A stretch of 64,000 nucleotides of DNA from assembly GCF_000143415.4 (NCBI RefSeq), contig NW_003314372.1, positions 334,210 to 398,209 on the forward strand, read 5' to 3'. Position numbers and translations under genes: made by a program. Source of the stretch: Selaginella moellendorffii. Lineage: Eukaryota; Plantae; Lycopodiophyta. Below are positions 50,301 through 63,263 of the stretch, piece by piece (position 1 is the first letter of the stretch; every line of letters starts with the position of its first letter). Below the pieces are notes generated by a model. It was not told the DNA's origin. It was given only the letters and a program-made list of their open reading frames with translations, and ran no database searches.

Positions 50301-53300
50301 ACATTTTGAACCAGGAACTTCATTCCTTAGCCAACCAAGGACCTTGTCCTTATCTGGCCATAAGATCACCTAGTGATCTCACCTTGGCACCTTAACAGAG
50401 TTGCCAAGAGGTACTTGGTTTTCTAGACCTCCAAGTTGTTGACTATAACCCCGGGGGCATCCCCCACACTTGGCGGTGCACCCAAGCTAGCCCTTACGGC
50501 CAAGGGTTCATAGCAACTGAGATTAGGTGTCCCCATCTCACTCACCACGACCTTGGTGCCACTTGCACCAAAGTGTTCAAGTTAGATATGCTGAGCTTTC
50601 ACACTAAGCAATCTAACCGTGCATCACGACTCCGAGGCATCCCTCGCTTGGCGGTGTGCCCAAACCAGTCTCCCCACTGAGAGTCCATGACCACCGAAAT
50701 ATGAGTGTCCTTATATTCCAAACCATCACCACGCCCTAGTGATTTGGGACTCGAACCCAAGCACTAGAGGGTCGGGACTCGAACCCAACCTCCGTATATG
50801 CATCTACGGACGGCATCACACAAGATGCCTGGCGTGACTCCCCACGCCGGTGCACCAACCTATTTTTAAAGCGCGCTACAGATCACAGCTTAGGAACCTA
50901 GTTCCTCCACACTGCCAAGTCCTCTCACTTGACATGTCTGTGATCATGCATGGACTCCTCCATGCTCGGCCCCCTGGCCCACCCTTTTTGAAGATATAAC
51001 CTTCAACTAGGGTCTTTGTTCCCCTGACGTGCCAATCTCACTTGGCAAGTCCTCCGACCTTTGTAACATGGTTCCTGCATAAGCGTGAAAGTCCTTGACC
51101 ATCGACTTTCGTTCAAAGCCCTCTCTTTGAACACTCGGGAACTACTTCCCTCACCTTGATAACCTTGCCTCATGGCAAGCTTCAAGACCAAGCTCCTGCT
51201 GCGCCACTCTGATTTCGCGCGTTCCATGAACCATTTACACTTGGCCTTTTTAGGTACTACGCTACCTAGAATCGTCTTTGGGAACCTTGAAGGAACTCTG
51301 TCCCTCAGCTTGCTAAGGCCTCCCCTTTCGCAAGCTTTATAGTTGCCATATAGTCTAACATGGACAATTCCATATTTTAGACTCTCTATGGCATCACGGT
51401 TGCTAGCAACAACATCCTCGAGCACCCTCTTGATTCTCCACTCCCAACTTTCATAACCACTGTTGGATATGCCCTTTGATTTCTATGGTTCGGTTCCATC
51501 CCAACATTACTTGCCTTTGGCTTCACACCTTTCCTTCGGTCATTCTCCTCCAGACCAGGAGGATAGCTTTGCACTTTCTATCATGCCTTAGCAAGTATTC
51601 TTAGGGATGAACCTACCCAATAGCCCAGGGAGTGGTTCCTCAATCCGGGTATGCTCAGTTTATAATCCCACACACTGGGGTTACATTGTTGCTTATGGGC
51701 CTTTACATGCCCATCACTAGCCTTGCCAAAATTCCATTTTTGGCTTTGTCCAACTTGGGTAGACAGTCCTCTCCTATCTCCGCAACCTTGGACATTTGGA
51801 TAGCACCTTCTATCCATCATTCGCTAGGGACTTAGTCCCTTGGGCTTTATCCATTGCCCTCGCGACATCAAACACCACCTTCTGGTGTTCTAGAGTGTTC
51901 GGGTGTCCCAATGATGGCTTTCTTGACAATGAGTATTTCCTTTTATGACATTGACTTACTATATCGCAACATAAGCAACTTATCCCCCGTAAGGGTATAT
52001 CCGACTTCCCTATACTAGAAGTCTTGGGTAGCTACCTTCTACCCGTTTAACCAGTTATTTTGCACCTCTTGCTTAGTTGCCTCATAGTTGTCAAGTCCTA
52101 CAAATCATTGCTTGGTGCTTTCACACCTCCATCACTATCTGGGTCACCACACTCCAACTGCATGCTCTGCAGCTTAGGCTATGCCATTCCCATTTCCATT
52201 GGGATTCCTTTGGCAAGGGGTTCTCATGAACCCACCAACATAGCCTCAAGGTATCACACCTTGGCACATTTGGTGTCTCCACACCATCGGCTCCACGAGC
52301 CTACCTCTATGACATTTCCCTTCGTGTCTAAGTCTTTGCCAAGACCAACACCGCTCTTTCTCATGCCAACCATCTGTTAGCACTACCCCATAGAGGTCAC
52401 ACACAACTTTATGTCAAAGTTGTTTTCTTCTAGGAACACCTTTCCTATAACTTTAGCATGGCACATTTTGCCATCGATGAGATACTCTCTGTTCTCATCC
52501 TTGGATCCTATGATCCCCCCCCATCCTTTGTGGGGTACAACGCACCTCAGTCCAAATGCTTCATTCAGTCCTTTTTAGGACCATCCCTTGACTCTACTTG
52601 AGTCGTCTAGCAGTTTTGGACTTGGTTAATCCACCGACCCGTAAGGTCCTACTTGTGAGGCACTAGCTCACTGGAATACACATCTTGCATTCCGGTCCTA
52701 CTCAAAAGGACTATTTTCACAAGTGTTACTCCGACACTTGATTTTGTTCTCTGGGGGCAACCTTTGCCCCTTAGGACTACTTGTCCATGTGATGAGAATA
52801 CCAACTCATCCACTTAATACACCCCCAACTCCTTGGGTTGTTCCAGCATTTATTAGAGGTAGCCCCGGCTACCATTTCAAGGACTTGAGTCCTCTTCCGT
52901 ATTTGACCTTCCACGGTCATTACCTTTGGTCTCACATTCATGAGCACCAACCTCAACTATATGAGGATAATCTTGTGACTCCTTTATTGTTTTGGAGTCT
53001 CTATCTTTCCCGTGATCCCAACTTTAGTTGTTTACCACAACAACCTAAGCCAATTTGCTGAGACAAATGCTCATCCGGATCACATCCTCAACTCAATGAG
53101 GAAAACCTTGCACTGTTCCCAAGATCCCAAAGTCGTTCCATTATTGGCCCTTTTCTATCCACCACCTCGTCTACAAGTTCACACATGAACTGTAATGGAG
53201 AGCCATGTCTTCCCGACTTGCTACTCCTCAAGGATAGGCCCACTCCTCGGACCTTCCGATGCCAACACTAGTGGTGATATACTTGAGCACCCATAAAAGT

Positions 53301-56300
53301 CGGACTAAGGAACAGCTCTGATACCAAATTGTAAGGGACTAAATTTTCCATTTTACTTTAGTCACTTAACCACATGTCTGACCACTTGGAGGAGTCTCAT
53401 TGACAACCTCCATAAGTCCAACTCAGGACTTGGGGCTTGCTAGCCCCGAGAATGGCATCCATGCCACTCAACCTTAGCACTTGGTCCAAGTGCTCCACGT
53501 GTCCGATCCCATGATCGACACCCCAAGGTATCACCGACGTACCGGCCCGTTACGCTAAGGCCATGCCCATTTACCTTGGTCACACTGGTGGTCCAACACC
53601 ACTTGCATCTCCGTCTTGGCCCTCCAAGACTAGGCAAACCATCCCTGAGTGGTCATCTCAGATCCACTCCTTAGCATCCTTAGGATGCCCACCGACAAGG
53701 GGAATAGCCTTCCCCAATATCCCTCTGTCAGTCCCCACTAAGTCCCTTTCTGCCCCTGGCCGTGTTTGCCAACACTGCCACTGGATCGAGACCCACAGGC
53801 CTGACCACTAAGTCCTACGGTCCTCTGGGACTTCCTCACCACACGACTGTGTCCTTGGTCACTACCCCAGAGGACTGCTCCTCTTCCTTTCCACAGTCTG
53901 GGCCTTTGGGACAACATTTCGGAACACCGTGGCCTTACGCGAGCCACCTGGGTACTCTCCCCACCTATCGCCTTTAGGTGCTCTAGCCATGGGCTTAGAG
54001 CGAGGTTCCGTTGAGCCACGCCTGGTATCCAAGTAGGTAGTGCCACCCACACTTGGACTGGGAGCATCGGCCAGTCGATCTCCCGGGGGAACTAGAGCCG
54101 GCTCTTGAACACTTCACCAAGCTACCCCGCTTGTCGGTCTGTGTTCACTCTAGTCTTGGACTTCCCAGTGGGCAGCTCATCACCCAACACTGGGTCTGGC
54201 CTTCCTAGGCCAAACTGGCCTTTCCTGGCCAAACTGGCTCCACTGCAGTCCTCCCCCCACTATACTTTTGGGGCTCACCAAACCCCCCAGGGTCTGGGAG
54301 ACGAACGCTTTGGGCTTTCACCCTCTCAGGCTCCGGACTCGGACTCGGACTCGGACTCGGACTCGGACTCGGACTCGGATTCGGGCTCGGACTCGGGCTC
54401 GGGCTCGGGCTCGGTCTCGGCCTCGGCCTCGGTCTCGGTCTCGGTCCCGATCTCGGTCTCGGTCTCGGTCTCGGTCCCGGTCTCGGTCCCGGTCTCAGTC
54501 TCGACTTCGGACTCCATCTCGGACTCCATCTCGGACTCCATCTCGGGTCCATCTCGGGTCCATCTCGGACTCCATCTCGGACTCCATCTCGGGTCCATCT
54601 CGGACTCCATCTCGGACTGCATTTCGGGTCCATCTCGGACTCCATTTCGGGTCCATCTCAGGTCCACCTCGGACTCCACCTCGGACTCCAACTCGGACTC
54701 CATCTCGGGTCCATCTCGGACTCCATCTCGGACTCCATTTCGGACTCCAACTAGAGTCCATCTTGGACACTCCCACGTGTCATGTGTTGGTCCTTTTGGG
54801 TCCCTTTTTGGAGCCTCACCTTTTGCTCGCTTCGTGCTCGTTCCTCGAGCACTTCGTTGGGAGTTCCACTCCCGCTCTTGACTTTTCAAGTCAGAGCTTT
54901 TGGTCCAAACGTGTTACGCTCGTTTGGCTCTCGCTTCGGCCACTACCATGTGGCGCCCTTCCGGCTCCACTTTGGGGCCTAGGGATTTTGTGTCTCACAA
55001 CTCCACCACCCATAGACGAAGTTCGATGTCCTCATCGAACGGTAAACCCTTTCATAAAGTAACACCCACACGTGTTACCATTTCCATCCTTGGCACCTAG
55101 CCAATCTTTATCTATGGTTTGACATCAAAGGCTCACCATGCCTTGTCCATCCTTTAAGGAGCGTAGTCTCTCCAACTTAGAGACTGATTGGACCACATGT
55201 AATGGTTCTCTCCTTTTATTGGTTTAGTTTTCGCTAAACCTCTTAGAGACCCTTCTCTAAGTCAATCCCACTACTCCTTCTCGAGTAGTCTCAATTTCCA
55301 TCGATATAACCTTTGCACTTTGGAACTTTGAATTTTGACTTCTTGGAGTCAATTTCCTAGGTGTCTCCAACACCTTGCCTTGCACCTTTTGTGCAACTCC
55401 ACTTCCCATCCTAGGTAGTTCTCTACTCGAGGGCACCATCATCCTCTCTTCTATTTCGTGCCACCTTGGGCACTAAGTTCCAGTTATCATACTTTGTGCT
55501 AGGGTTGTCCATCGCCCTATCATTTGGCTACCTTACCGCTCCCTCCCTTGGAGCTTCCACTTTCGCCAAATCGGAGCAATTCGGAATCCCTCCTTGGAAA
55601 CACACTTCCTTTCCCGCAACTTGTTAGCATCCAACACATTAGTGTTCCTCGCCTAACTTTGTCACTTGGATTCCTTCCAAGGGATTCCACGGCCCTATCT
55701 TGGCCACTCATCTTTTGCTCCTATCCGTTGATTGTTGCACCAAGCAACATCAAATCTCTACCTCCCTCCTTGAGGTATTGTTTCGGTTCCATAGTAAAGA
55801 CTCTTCTTTGCACAGCCCGGAGGATGTTCACCCCTAGTACGTCTCTTTAGCATCTTCTGCTATGGGCTCTATCCACGGCCCAACTTTTTGACCCTCCCAT
55901 GGGTCTTTTATAGAGACTACTTTCCTCGGACTCACTATGCCATCGCACGGACATAGTTTATTTCCCTTAGGTGCTCTTCCCACTTGGTTATCACGACCAA
56001 GCCACACCACCTTAAACAGTTCAATTTCAACATTTTGAACCAGGAACTTCATTCCTTAGCCAACCAAGGACCTTGTCCTTTTCTGGCCATAAGATCACCT
56101 AGTGATCTCACCTTGGCACCTTAATAGAGTTGCCAAGAGGTACTTGGTTTTCTAGACCTCCAAGTTGTTGACTATAACCCCGGGGGCATCCCCCACACTT
56201 GGCGGTGCACCCAAGCTAGCCCTTACGGCCAAGGGTTCATAGCAACTGAGATTAGGTGTCCCCATCTCACTCACCACGACCTTGGTGCCACTTGCACCAA

Positions 56301-59300
56301 AGTGTTGAAGATAGATATGCTGAGCTTTCACACTAAGCAATCTAACCGTGCATCACGACTCCGAGGCATCCCTCGCTTGGCGGTGTGCCCAAACCAGTCT
56401 CCCCACTGAGAGTCCATGACCACCGAAATATGAGTGTCCTCATATTCCAAACCATCACCACGCCCTAGTGATTTGGGACTCGAACCCAAGCACTAGAGGG
56501 TCGGGACTCGAACCCAACCTCCGTATATGCATCTACGGACGGCATCACACTAGATGCCTGGCGTGACTCCCCACGCCGGTGCACCAACCTATTTTTAAAG
56601 CGCGCTACAGATCACAGCTTAGGAACCTAGTTCCTCCACACTGCCAAGTCCTCTCACTTGACATGTCTGTGATCATGCATGGACTCCTCCATGCTCGGCC
56701 CCATGGCCCACCCTTTTTGAAGTTATCACCTTCAACTAGGGTCTTTGTTCCCCCGACGTGCCAATCTCACTTGGCAAGTCCTCCGACCATTGTAACATGG
56801 TTCCTGCATAAGCGTGAAAGTCCTTGACCATCGACTTTCGTTCAAAGCCCTCTCTTTGAACACTCGGGAACTACTTCCCTAACCTTGATAACCTTGCCTC
56901 ATGGCAAGCTTCAAGACCACGCTTCTGCTGCGCCACTCTGATTTCGCGCGTTCCATGAACCATTTACACTTAGCCTTTCTAGGTACTACGCTACCTAGAA
57001 TCGTCTTTGGGAACCTTGAAGGAACTCTGTCCCTCAGCTTGCTAAGGCCTCCCCTTTCGCAAGCTTTATAATTGCCATATAGTCTAACATGGACAATTCC
57101 ATATTTTAGACTCTCCATGGCATCACGGTTGCTAGCAACAACATCCTCGAGCACCCTCTTGATTCTCCACTCCCAACTTTCATAACCACTGTCGGATATG
57201 CCCTTTGATTTCTATGGTTCAATTCCATCCCAATACTACTTGCTTTTGGCTTCACACCTTTCCTTCGGTCATTCTCCTCCAGACCAGGAGGATAGCTTTG
57301 CACTTTCTGTCATGCTTTAGCAAGTATTCTTAGGGATGGACCTACCCAATAGCCTAGGGAGTGGTTCCTCAATCCGGGTATGCTCACCTTATAATCCCAC
57401 ACACTGGGATTACATTGTTGCTTATGGGCCTTTACATGCCCATCACTAGCCTTGCCAAAATTCCATTTTTGGCTTTGTCCAATTCGGGTAGACAGTCCTC
57501 TCCTGTCTCCGCAACCTTGGACATTTGGATAGCACCTGCTATCCATCATTCGCTAGGGACTTAGTCCCTTGGGCTTTATCCATTGCCCTCGCGACATCAA
57601 ACACCACCTTCTGGTGTTCTAGAGTGTCCGGGTGTCCCAATGATGGCTTTCTTGACAATGAGTATTTCCTTTTATGACATTGACTTACTATATCGCAACA
57701 CAAGCAACTTATCCCCCGTAAGGGTATATCCAACTTCCTTATGCTATTAAGAAGTCTTGGGTAGCTACCTTCTACCCGTTTAACCAGTTATTTTGCACCT
57801 CTTGCTTAGTTGCCTCATAGTTGTCAAGTCCTACAACTCATTGCTTGGTGCTTTCACACCTCCATCATTATCTGGGTCACCACACTCCAACTGCATGCTC
57901 TGCAGCTTAGGCTATGCTATTCCCATTTCCATTGGGATTCCTTTGGCAAGGGGTTCTTATGAACCCACCAACATAGCCTCAAGGTATCACACCTTGGCAC
58001 ATTTGGTGTCTCCACACCATCGGCTCCACGAGCCTACCTCTATGACATTTCCCTTCGTGTCTAAGTCTTTGCCAAGACCAACACCGCTCTTTCTCATGCC
58101 AACCATCCGTTAGCACTGCACCATAGAGGTCATACACAACTTTATGTCAGAGTTGTTTTCTTCTGGGAACACCTTTCCCATAACTTTAGCATGGCCTATT
58201 TTGCCATTGATGAGATACCCTCTATTCTCATCCTTGGATCCTATGATCCCCCCCCATCCTTTGTGGGGTACAACACACCTCAGTCCAAATGCTTCCATCA
58301 GTCCTTTTAGGACCATCCGTTGACTCTACTTGAGTCATCCAGCAATTTTGGACTTGGTTTATCCACAGACTTGTAAGGTCCTACTTGTGAGGCACTAGCT
58401 CACTGGAATACACTTCTTGCATTCCTGTCCTACTCAAAAGGACTATTTTCACAAGTGTTACTCCGACACTTGATTTTGTTCTCTGGGGGCAACCTTTGCC
58501 CCTTAGGACTACTTGTCCATGTGATGAGAATACCAACTCATCCACTCAATACACCCCCAACTCCTTGGGTTGTTCCAGCATTTATTAGAGGTAGCCCCGG
58601 CTACCATTTCAAGGACTTGAGTCCTCTTCCGTATTTGACCTTCCACGGTCATTACCTTTGGTCTCACATTCATGAGCACCAACCTCAACTATATGAGGAA
58701 AACCTTGCACTGTTCCCAAGATCCCAAAGTCGTTCCATTATTGGCACTTTTCTATCCACCACCTCGTCTACAAGTTCACACATGAACTGTAATGGAGAGC
58801 CATGTCTTCCCGACTTGCTACTCCTCAAGGATAGACCCACTCCTTGGACCTTCCGATGCCAACACTAGTGGTGATATACTTGAGCACCAATAAAAGTCGG
58901 ACTAAGGAACAGCTCCGATACCAAATTGTAAGCGACTAAATTTTTCCATTCTACTTTAGTCACTTAACCACACCTCCGACCACTTGGAGGAGTCTCATTC
59001 ACAACCTCCATAAGTCCAATCCAGGACTTGGGACTTGCTAGCCCCGAGAATGGCATCCATGCCACTCAACATTTGCACTTGGTCCAAGTGCTCCACGTGT
59101 CCGATCCCATGACCGACACTCAAAGGTACCACCGACATAGCAGCCCTTTACGCTAAGGCCATGCCCAATCACCTTTGCCACACTGGTAGTCCAATACCAC
59201 TTGCATCACAGTCTTGGCTCCCCAAGACTAGGCAAACCATCCGTGAGTGGTCATCTCAGATCCACTCCTTAGCATCCTTAGGATGCCCACCGACAAGGGG

Positions 59301-60765
59301 AATAGCCTTCCCCAATATCCCTCTGTCAGTCCCCACTAAGTCCCTTTCTGCCCCTGGCCGTGTTTGCCAACACTGCCACTGGACCGAGACCCACAGGCCC
59401 GACCACTAAGTCCCACGGTCCTCTGGGACTTCCTCACCACACGACTGTGTCCTTGGTCACACCCCAGAGGACTGCTCCTCTTCCTTTCCACAGTCTGGGC
59501 CTTTGGGACAACATTTCGGAACACCGTGGCCTTACGCGAGCCACCTAGGTACTCTCCTCGCCTTCTGCCCTTGGGTGCTCTAGCCATGGGCTTAGAGCGG
59601 GTTCCATTGAGCCACACCAGGTATCCAAGTAGGTAGTGCCACCCACACTTGGACTGGGAGCATCGGCCAGTCGATCTCCCGGGGGAACTAGAGCCGGCTC
59701 TTGAACACTTCACCAAGCTACCCCGCTTGTCGGTCCGTGTTCACTCTAGTCTTGGACTTCCCAGTGGGCAGCTCATCACCCAACACTGGGTCCGGCCTTC
59801 CTGGGCCAAACTGGCCTTTCCTGGCCAAACTGGCTCCACTGCAGTCCTCCCCCTTACTATACTTTTGGAGCTCACCAAACCCCCCAGGGTCTGGGAGACG
59901 AACGCTTTGGGCTTTCACCCTCTCAGGCTCCGGACTCGGACTCGGACTCGGACTCGGACTCGGACTCGGACTCGGACTCGGATTCGGACTCGGACTCGGG
60001 CTCGGGCTCGGTCTCGGCCTCGGCCTCGGTCTCGGTCCCGATCTCGGTCTCGGTCTCCGTCTCGGTCCCGGTCTCGGTCCCGGTCTCGGTCTCGACTTCG
60101 GACTCCATCTCGGACTCCATCTCGGACTCCATTTCAGGTCCATCTCGGGTCCACCTCGGACTCCATCTCGGACTCCATCTCGGACTCCATCTCGGGTCCA
60201 TCTCGGACTCCACTTCGGACTCCAACTCGGGTCCATCTCGGGTCCACCTCGGACTCCATCTCGGACTCCATCTCGGACTCCACTTCGGACTCCAACTCGG
60301 GTCCATCTCGGGTCCACCTCGGACTCCACTTCGGACTCCAACTCGGGTCCATCTCGGACTCCACTTCGGACTCCAACTCGAGTCCATCTCGGACTCCACT
60401 TCGGACTCCAACTCGAGTCCATCTCGGACTCCACTTCGGACTCCAACTCGAGTCCATCTCGGACTCCACTTCGGACTCCAACTCGAGTCCATCTCGGACT
60501 CCACTTCGGACTCCAACTCGAGTCCATTTCGGACACTCCCACGTGTCATGTGTTGGTCCTTTTGGGTCCCTTTTTGGAGCCTCGCCTTTTGCTCGCTTCG
60601 TGCTCGTTCCTCGAGCACTTCGTTGGGAGTTCCACTCCCGCTCTTGACTTTTCAAGTCGGAGCTTCTGGTCCAAACGTGTTACGCTCGTTTGGCTCTCGC
60701 TTCGGCCACTACCATGTGGCGCCCTTCCGGCTCCACTTTGGGGCCTAGGGATTTTGTGTCTCACA
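47364..60765 (-). mobile_element. Family B LARD tandem, LTR-int-LTR-int-LTR: LTRs 47364-49269, 53330-54999, 58927-60765; interiors ~4.06 and ~3.93 kb
   Basis: PBS beside 53330 and 58927; PPT GGGTGGTGGAGT beside 49269 and 54999; no recognisable gag/pol motif, longest interior ORF 140 aa. Confidence 0.92.
50734..50847 (-). other. Putative structured RNA cis-element: five hairpins, two with tRNA T-loop/B-box sequence (other copies 56463-56577 and 62696-62823)
   Basis: Stems GGCGTG/CACGCC, GGCATC/GATGCC, TCCGTA/TACGGA, then two TTGGG-TTCGAGT-CCCRA. Confidence 0.6.
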
Positions 60766-63263
60766 CCAAATAGGTAAAGGGAAGATGGTATGGACAGCAA
60801 AATCCGAGGTAGCATTTAAAGGGAAGTTGAGGAAGACTCCCGTGTTGGCATTACCAGACTTTGGTAAGGACTTTGAGGTAGAAATAAATGCTTCAGAATT
60901 TGTGTTGGGCGCAGTTTTGAAGCAAAATAACCATAGAGTGTCGTTCTTCTCGAAGAAGTTACACAAAGCTTAGTGAAAGTGGCTTGCGCACGGGAAGGAA
61001 TTATTTACAGTGGTCAAAGTGCTTAAGGAGTGGCAACACTACCTTAGGAGGCACTTAAAAGTTTACAAGGATAATGTGGCAACAAAACACTTCTTGTCAC
61101 AGCCCGATCTAAGAGGAAAGCAAGATTAGTGAGCCAATGCTTTGGCCGAGTTTGATTACAAAATTCTGTATCAACCTAGGAAAAACAACATCATAGCAGA
61201 TGCTCTTAGTCAAAAGGCAAGCTTGAAGTTGGTGATATCTAGTGCAACAACAACCTTTTGGGATGATGTGTAGATAATATATGAGAATGATGGTCTAGCA
61301 CAAGAAGTGTTGCTAAGAAATCAAGAGGCGTGGGATGGTCACCAAAGAGGTGAGTTGCCAACAGAAGAGAAAATAGGTTATACAGAACGCAATGGACTCA
61401 TTTATTATAAATAAACAAGGGTGTATGTTCTAGAAGGGGAACTAAGGAAGGTAGCCTTAGAAGAGTGTCATGATAGACCTCTTGTGGGACACAGCAAAGT
61501 GCCCAAGACAATAGGTTTACTCAAGAGGAAGTAGGACGTCCAAGACTATATAAAGACATGTCCAACATGTTAGCAGGTCAAAGCCATGACTAAGGCTAGT
61601 GGAGGCTTGTTAAAGCATTCCATTCCATTCACTCGTGGAAATGTCTTATGATGGACTTTATCACAGAACTCGCCTGAAGTGAGGGTTTGATGCAATATTC
61701 GTGGTGGTGAACCAGTTTTTGAAGATGGCACATTTCATACCCACCACAACAGAAGTGGATACAGAAGGTGTGGCAAAGCTATTTTTCAAACAAGTGGTTT
61801 GAGTGCGAAGAAGGCCAAAAAAGATTATCTCAGATCAAGATAAAGTTTTCACCAATAGGTTCTGGAAAACTCTCCTAGAATAGTATTGCACCAAGTTGAA
61901 ATTTAGCATAGCTTATCACCTGCAGACAAGTGTTGGGTATTAAATCAAGTTTAATGGCAATAACACTTCTTGACAAATGGATAAACAGAAAGGGTGAATA
62001 GGCAGCTAGAATCTAGTGAGGGATTCCTTGGAACGAGCTCAACAAAGGCAAACCAAGTATATGAATCAGAAGTGCTGAGATGTAGAGTTTCAACTTGGGG
62101 AGAAGGTGTGGCTGAACACTAAGAACTTAAAGCTACCAAGTGGGATCAGTCAGAAGTTGACCCAAAGGTAAAAATGCATGTATTCGTGGAAATGAACTAT
62201 TCTTGAGTTCCTTAAGTAAGTTGGTGGAGCTTTATGAGATTGAGGCACGAATCAGTAAAATGGTTTACTGCCTCTAACTTCCTCGAGAGATGGGGAAGAT
62301 GCACCCAATCTTCCATGTGAACTTACTCAAGCCGTATTTTGAGGATTCGCTTCGCAAAATCCAAGCAAGACCTTTACCTGAGGTTATCCAAGGGGAAGAG
62401 AAATATGAAGTTGAGGCCATCCTCAATATGCACAGGAGCAAGTGATAAGGAGGTGAATTAAGGGAGTTCCATGTGAAGTGGAAAGGATTTCCACACTATA
62501 AAGCAACATGGGAATCGGAGGAGAAACTAGCAAATGCACGGGACCTAGTGAAGGAATTTTTGTAAGGTAGAACTCTATGTACTTATGCAAAGTTCAATTA
62601 AAGCATTAATTTGTGAAGTTGAGCAATGACATATGTTGGGACCCGAAGGTGTGCCAAAGGTAAGCTAATTAACATGGGTTAGCTAGGTCGACCAAGCGTA
62701 GGGAACTACGCCTGACTCTCTGCAGGGATGTCGAATCCGTCGACATATTCTATAGAGGTTGTGTTTGAGTCCTAACCCCCTAGTAAAGCAAGGTTGGGTT
62801 CAAGTCCCAACTCCATATTAGGGCATGATGAGGTAAGGTGTATAGGGACACCTATATTCCATTGTCATGGGGTTTTGGCCGGGGAGGCTAACTTAGGCAC
62901 ACCACTAAGTGAGGGGATGGCCCCGGAGACATGAGCAACAAGTTGTAGGATTAAAAAGAGACATTTGATGTGGGCATCGAACTATTTCTATGGGTGGTGG
63001 AGTTGTAAGGAACCAACTCCTCGAGGTGTCGTAGGCTAAAGGATCCCTGCAAGCATGACTGAAATGATAAAGAGTTCACGGGATGGGACCGATTCTAAGA
63101 TCAAGTCCAAGGTTGACTCTAAGACTGAGTTTGAGATAGAGTCCGGGATTGAGTCTGAGGTTGAGTCCGAGGCTGACTCCGAGACCAAGTTCGAGACTGA
63201 GTTCGAGACAAATTCCGAGATCCGAAATCAGATTTCGAGGTCGAGTCCGAGATCAGGTCTAAG
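60766..63263 (+). mobile_element. Family C chromovirus, 3' half: RNase H, integrase, chromodomain (~62404-62565), 3' UTR, PPT, 3' LTR start 63004-63263
   Basis: PVLALPDFGKDFEV, MDFIT, IISDQD, HPIFHVNLLKPY, YEVEAIL...FHVKWKGFPHYKATWESEEKL; many stops. Confidence 0.9.

Noticed and set aside
50734-50790. tRNA gene or tRNA-derived SINE
   Set aside because: Only T-arm-like hairpins; no full cloverleaf, convincing A-box, tail or TSD. Kept as a cis-element finding instead
51003-51425. LARD interior ORF as a chromodomain remnant (HVRLYGNYKA)
   Set aside because: Resemblance is limited to a few residues, the key aromatic residues are absent, and the ORF is truncated in the second copy
59929-60533. 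CRISPR-like periodicity (35-bp unit)
   Set aside because: Head-to-tail repeats with no unique spacers, no cas genes, eukaryotic LTR context
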